The position numbers and the translations under genes are program-made. From Naasia sp. (lineage in GTDB: Bacteria; Actinomycetota; Actinomycetes; Actinomycetales; Microbacteriaceae): a stretch of 64,000 nt of DNA. This document shows positions 63,533 through 64,000 of this stretch, piece after piece. Within the stretch, counting starts at the first letter, position 1, and each line of letters starts with the position of its first letter. The notes below the pieces were generated by a model. The model had not been told where the DNA came from and ran no database searches. It saw nothing but the letters and a program-made list of their open reading frames with translations. The stretch is taken from contig NZ_JAODMK010000010.1 of assembly GCF_025465545.1 (NCBI RefSeq), positions 45,813 through 109,812 on the forward strand, given 5' to 3'.

Positions 63533-64000
63533 CGGTCGTCCCTCGCGAGCTCCGCCTCGATGGCGGCGGTCAGCCGCTCCTCGAGCGCGGCAGAGCCGAT
63601 GCGCTGGATGATGTCGATCAGGAAGCCGCGCACGACGAGCCGTCGCGCCTCCTCCTCGGGGATGCCACGGGACTGCAGGTAGAACAGCTGCTCGTCGTCG
63701 AATCGTCCGGTGGCGCTCGCATGCCCGGCCCCCAGGATGTCGCCCGTCTCGATCTCGAGGTTGGGGATGCTGTCGGCGCGGGTCCCGTCCGAGAGCACGA
63801 GGTTGCGGTTCTGCTCGTAGCTGTCGGTGCCGGAGGCCTCTGGGCCGATCAGCACGTCGCCGATCCAGACCGTTCGCGCGCCCGCGCCCTGCAGGGCGCC
63901 CTTGTAGTTGACCCGGCCGCGGGTGTTCGCCGCCTTGTGGAAGAGGAACACCTGCTGCTCGAGGTGCTGGCCGGCGTCGCTGAAGTACACGCCGAGCAGC
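63529..64000 (-). CDS. sufD: Fe-S cluster assembly protein SufD (C-terminal part; gene continues past the right edge)
   Basis: NLEIETGDILGAGHASATGRFDDEQLFYLQSRGIPEEEARRLVV. Confidence 0.85.
   Translation of the reverse strand, partial: LLGVYFSDAGQHLEQQVFLFHKAANTRGRVNYKGALQGAGARTVWIGDVLIGPEASGTDSYEQNRNLVLSDGTRADSIPNLEIETGDILGAGHASATGRFDDEQLFYLQSRGIPEEEARRLVVRGFLIDIIQRIGSAALEERLTAAIEAELARDDR

Noticed and set aside
1-64000. Scan for tRNA/rRNA/tmRNA/RNase P signatures, transposase or integrase genes, and long terminal inverted repeats.
   Set aside because: None were found by eye. There is no GGTTCGAATCC-type T-arm outside coding frames and no GAGGAAAGTCCGG. A covariance-model scan (tRNAscan-SE or Infernal) would be needed to be certain.

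Overview
High-GC (about 70%) actinobacterial chromosomal segment, with gene content and order that look Micrococcales/Microbacteriaceae-like (inference only). It is densely coding. I support about 63 CDS, none of which is an rRNA, tRNA, CRISPR, transposase or integrase gene. All product names come from motifs I recognise in the translations; no database search was possible. Gene blocks from left to right: (1) Fic fragment, MBL hydrolase and a sugar ABC transporter; (2) CsbD, a small acidic protein and an eRF1-fold (baeRF2/Rv2629-like) protein; (3) a CPBP-like membrane protein, an unlisted 34-aa sORF, a DUF418 membrane protein, a DUF1524 nuclease, CoA-transferase, NUDIX, Gfo/Idh/MocA and a sugar-phosphate isomerase; (4) a DNA-damage island: RecQ, two acidic disordered proteins, LexA-box imuA'-imuB, an opposite-strand UdgX-like gene plus glycosyltransferase, then LexA-box dnaE2; (5) acylphosphatase, VIT1, NnrD, and a Pyr_excise-like fusion with a DEVH helicase; (6) cell-wall genes (SGNH hydrolase, DD-carboxypeptidase, class A PBP), then TrmH, sirtuin and YbaK; (7) alpha-glucan genes (treS, glgA/M, glgC), an exonuclease and L31 type B; (8) serB, fabG, DUF3099 and SURF1; (9) a polyamine/agmatine locus (FAD oxidase, potABCD-like, amidohydrolase, aguA); (10) ABC-F, bioY and the 3' part of a suf operon. 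I did not find a convincing self-contained new defence-type system. The observations most worth follow-up are: the split SOS mutasome locus carrying a UdgX-type covalent uracil-DNA-binding protein; two near-identical LexA-operator promoters that predict leaderless GTG starts; a dispersed inverted-repeat element family (CTCAGCAGGCAGAA / TTCTGCCTGCTGAG) including a 4 x 19-bp tandem array; a second roughly 55-bp repeat present twice; a translated-looking sORF with an internal heptapeptide repeat; a uORF abutting the ABC-F gene; and a 338-bp unassigned convergent intergenic region.
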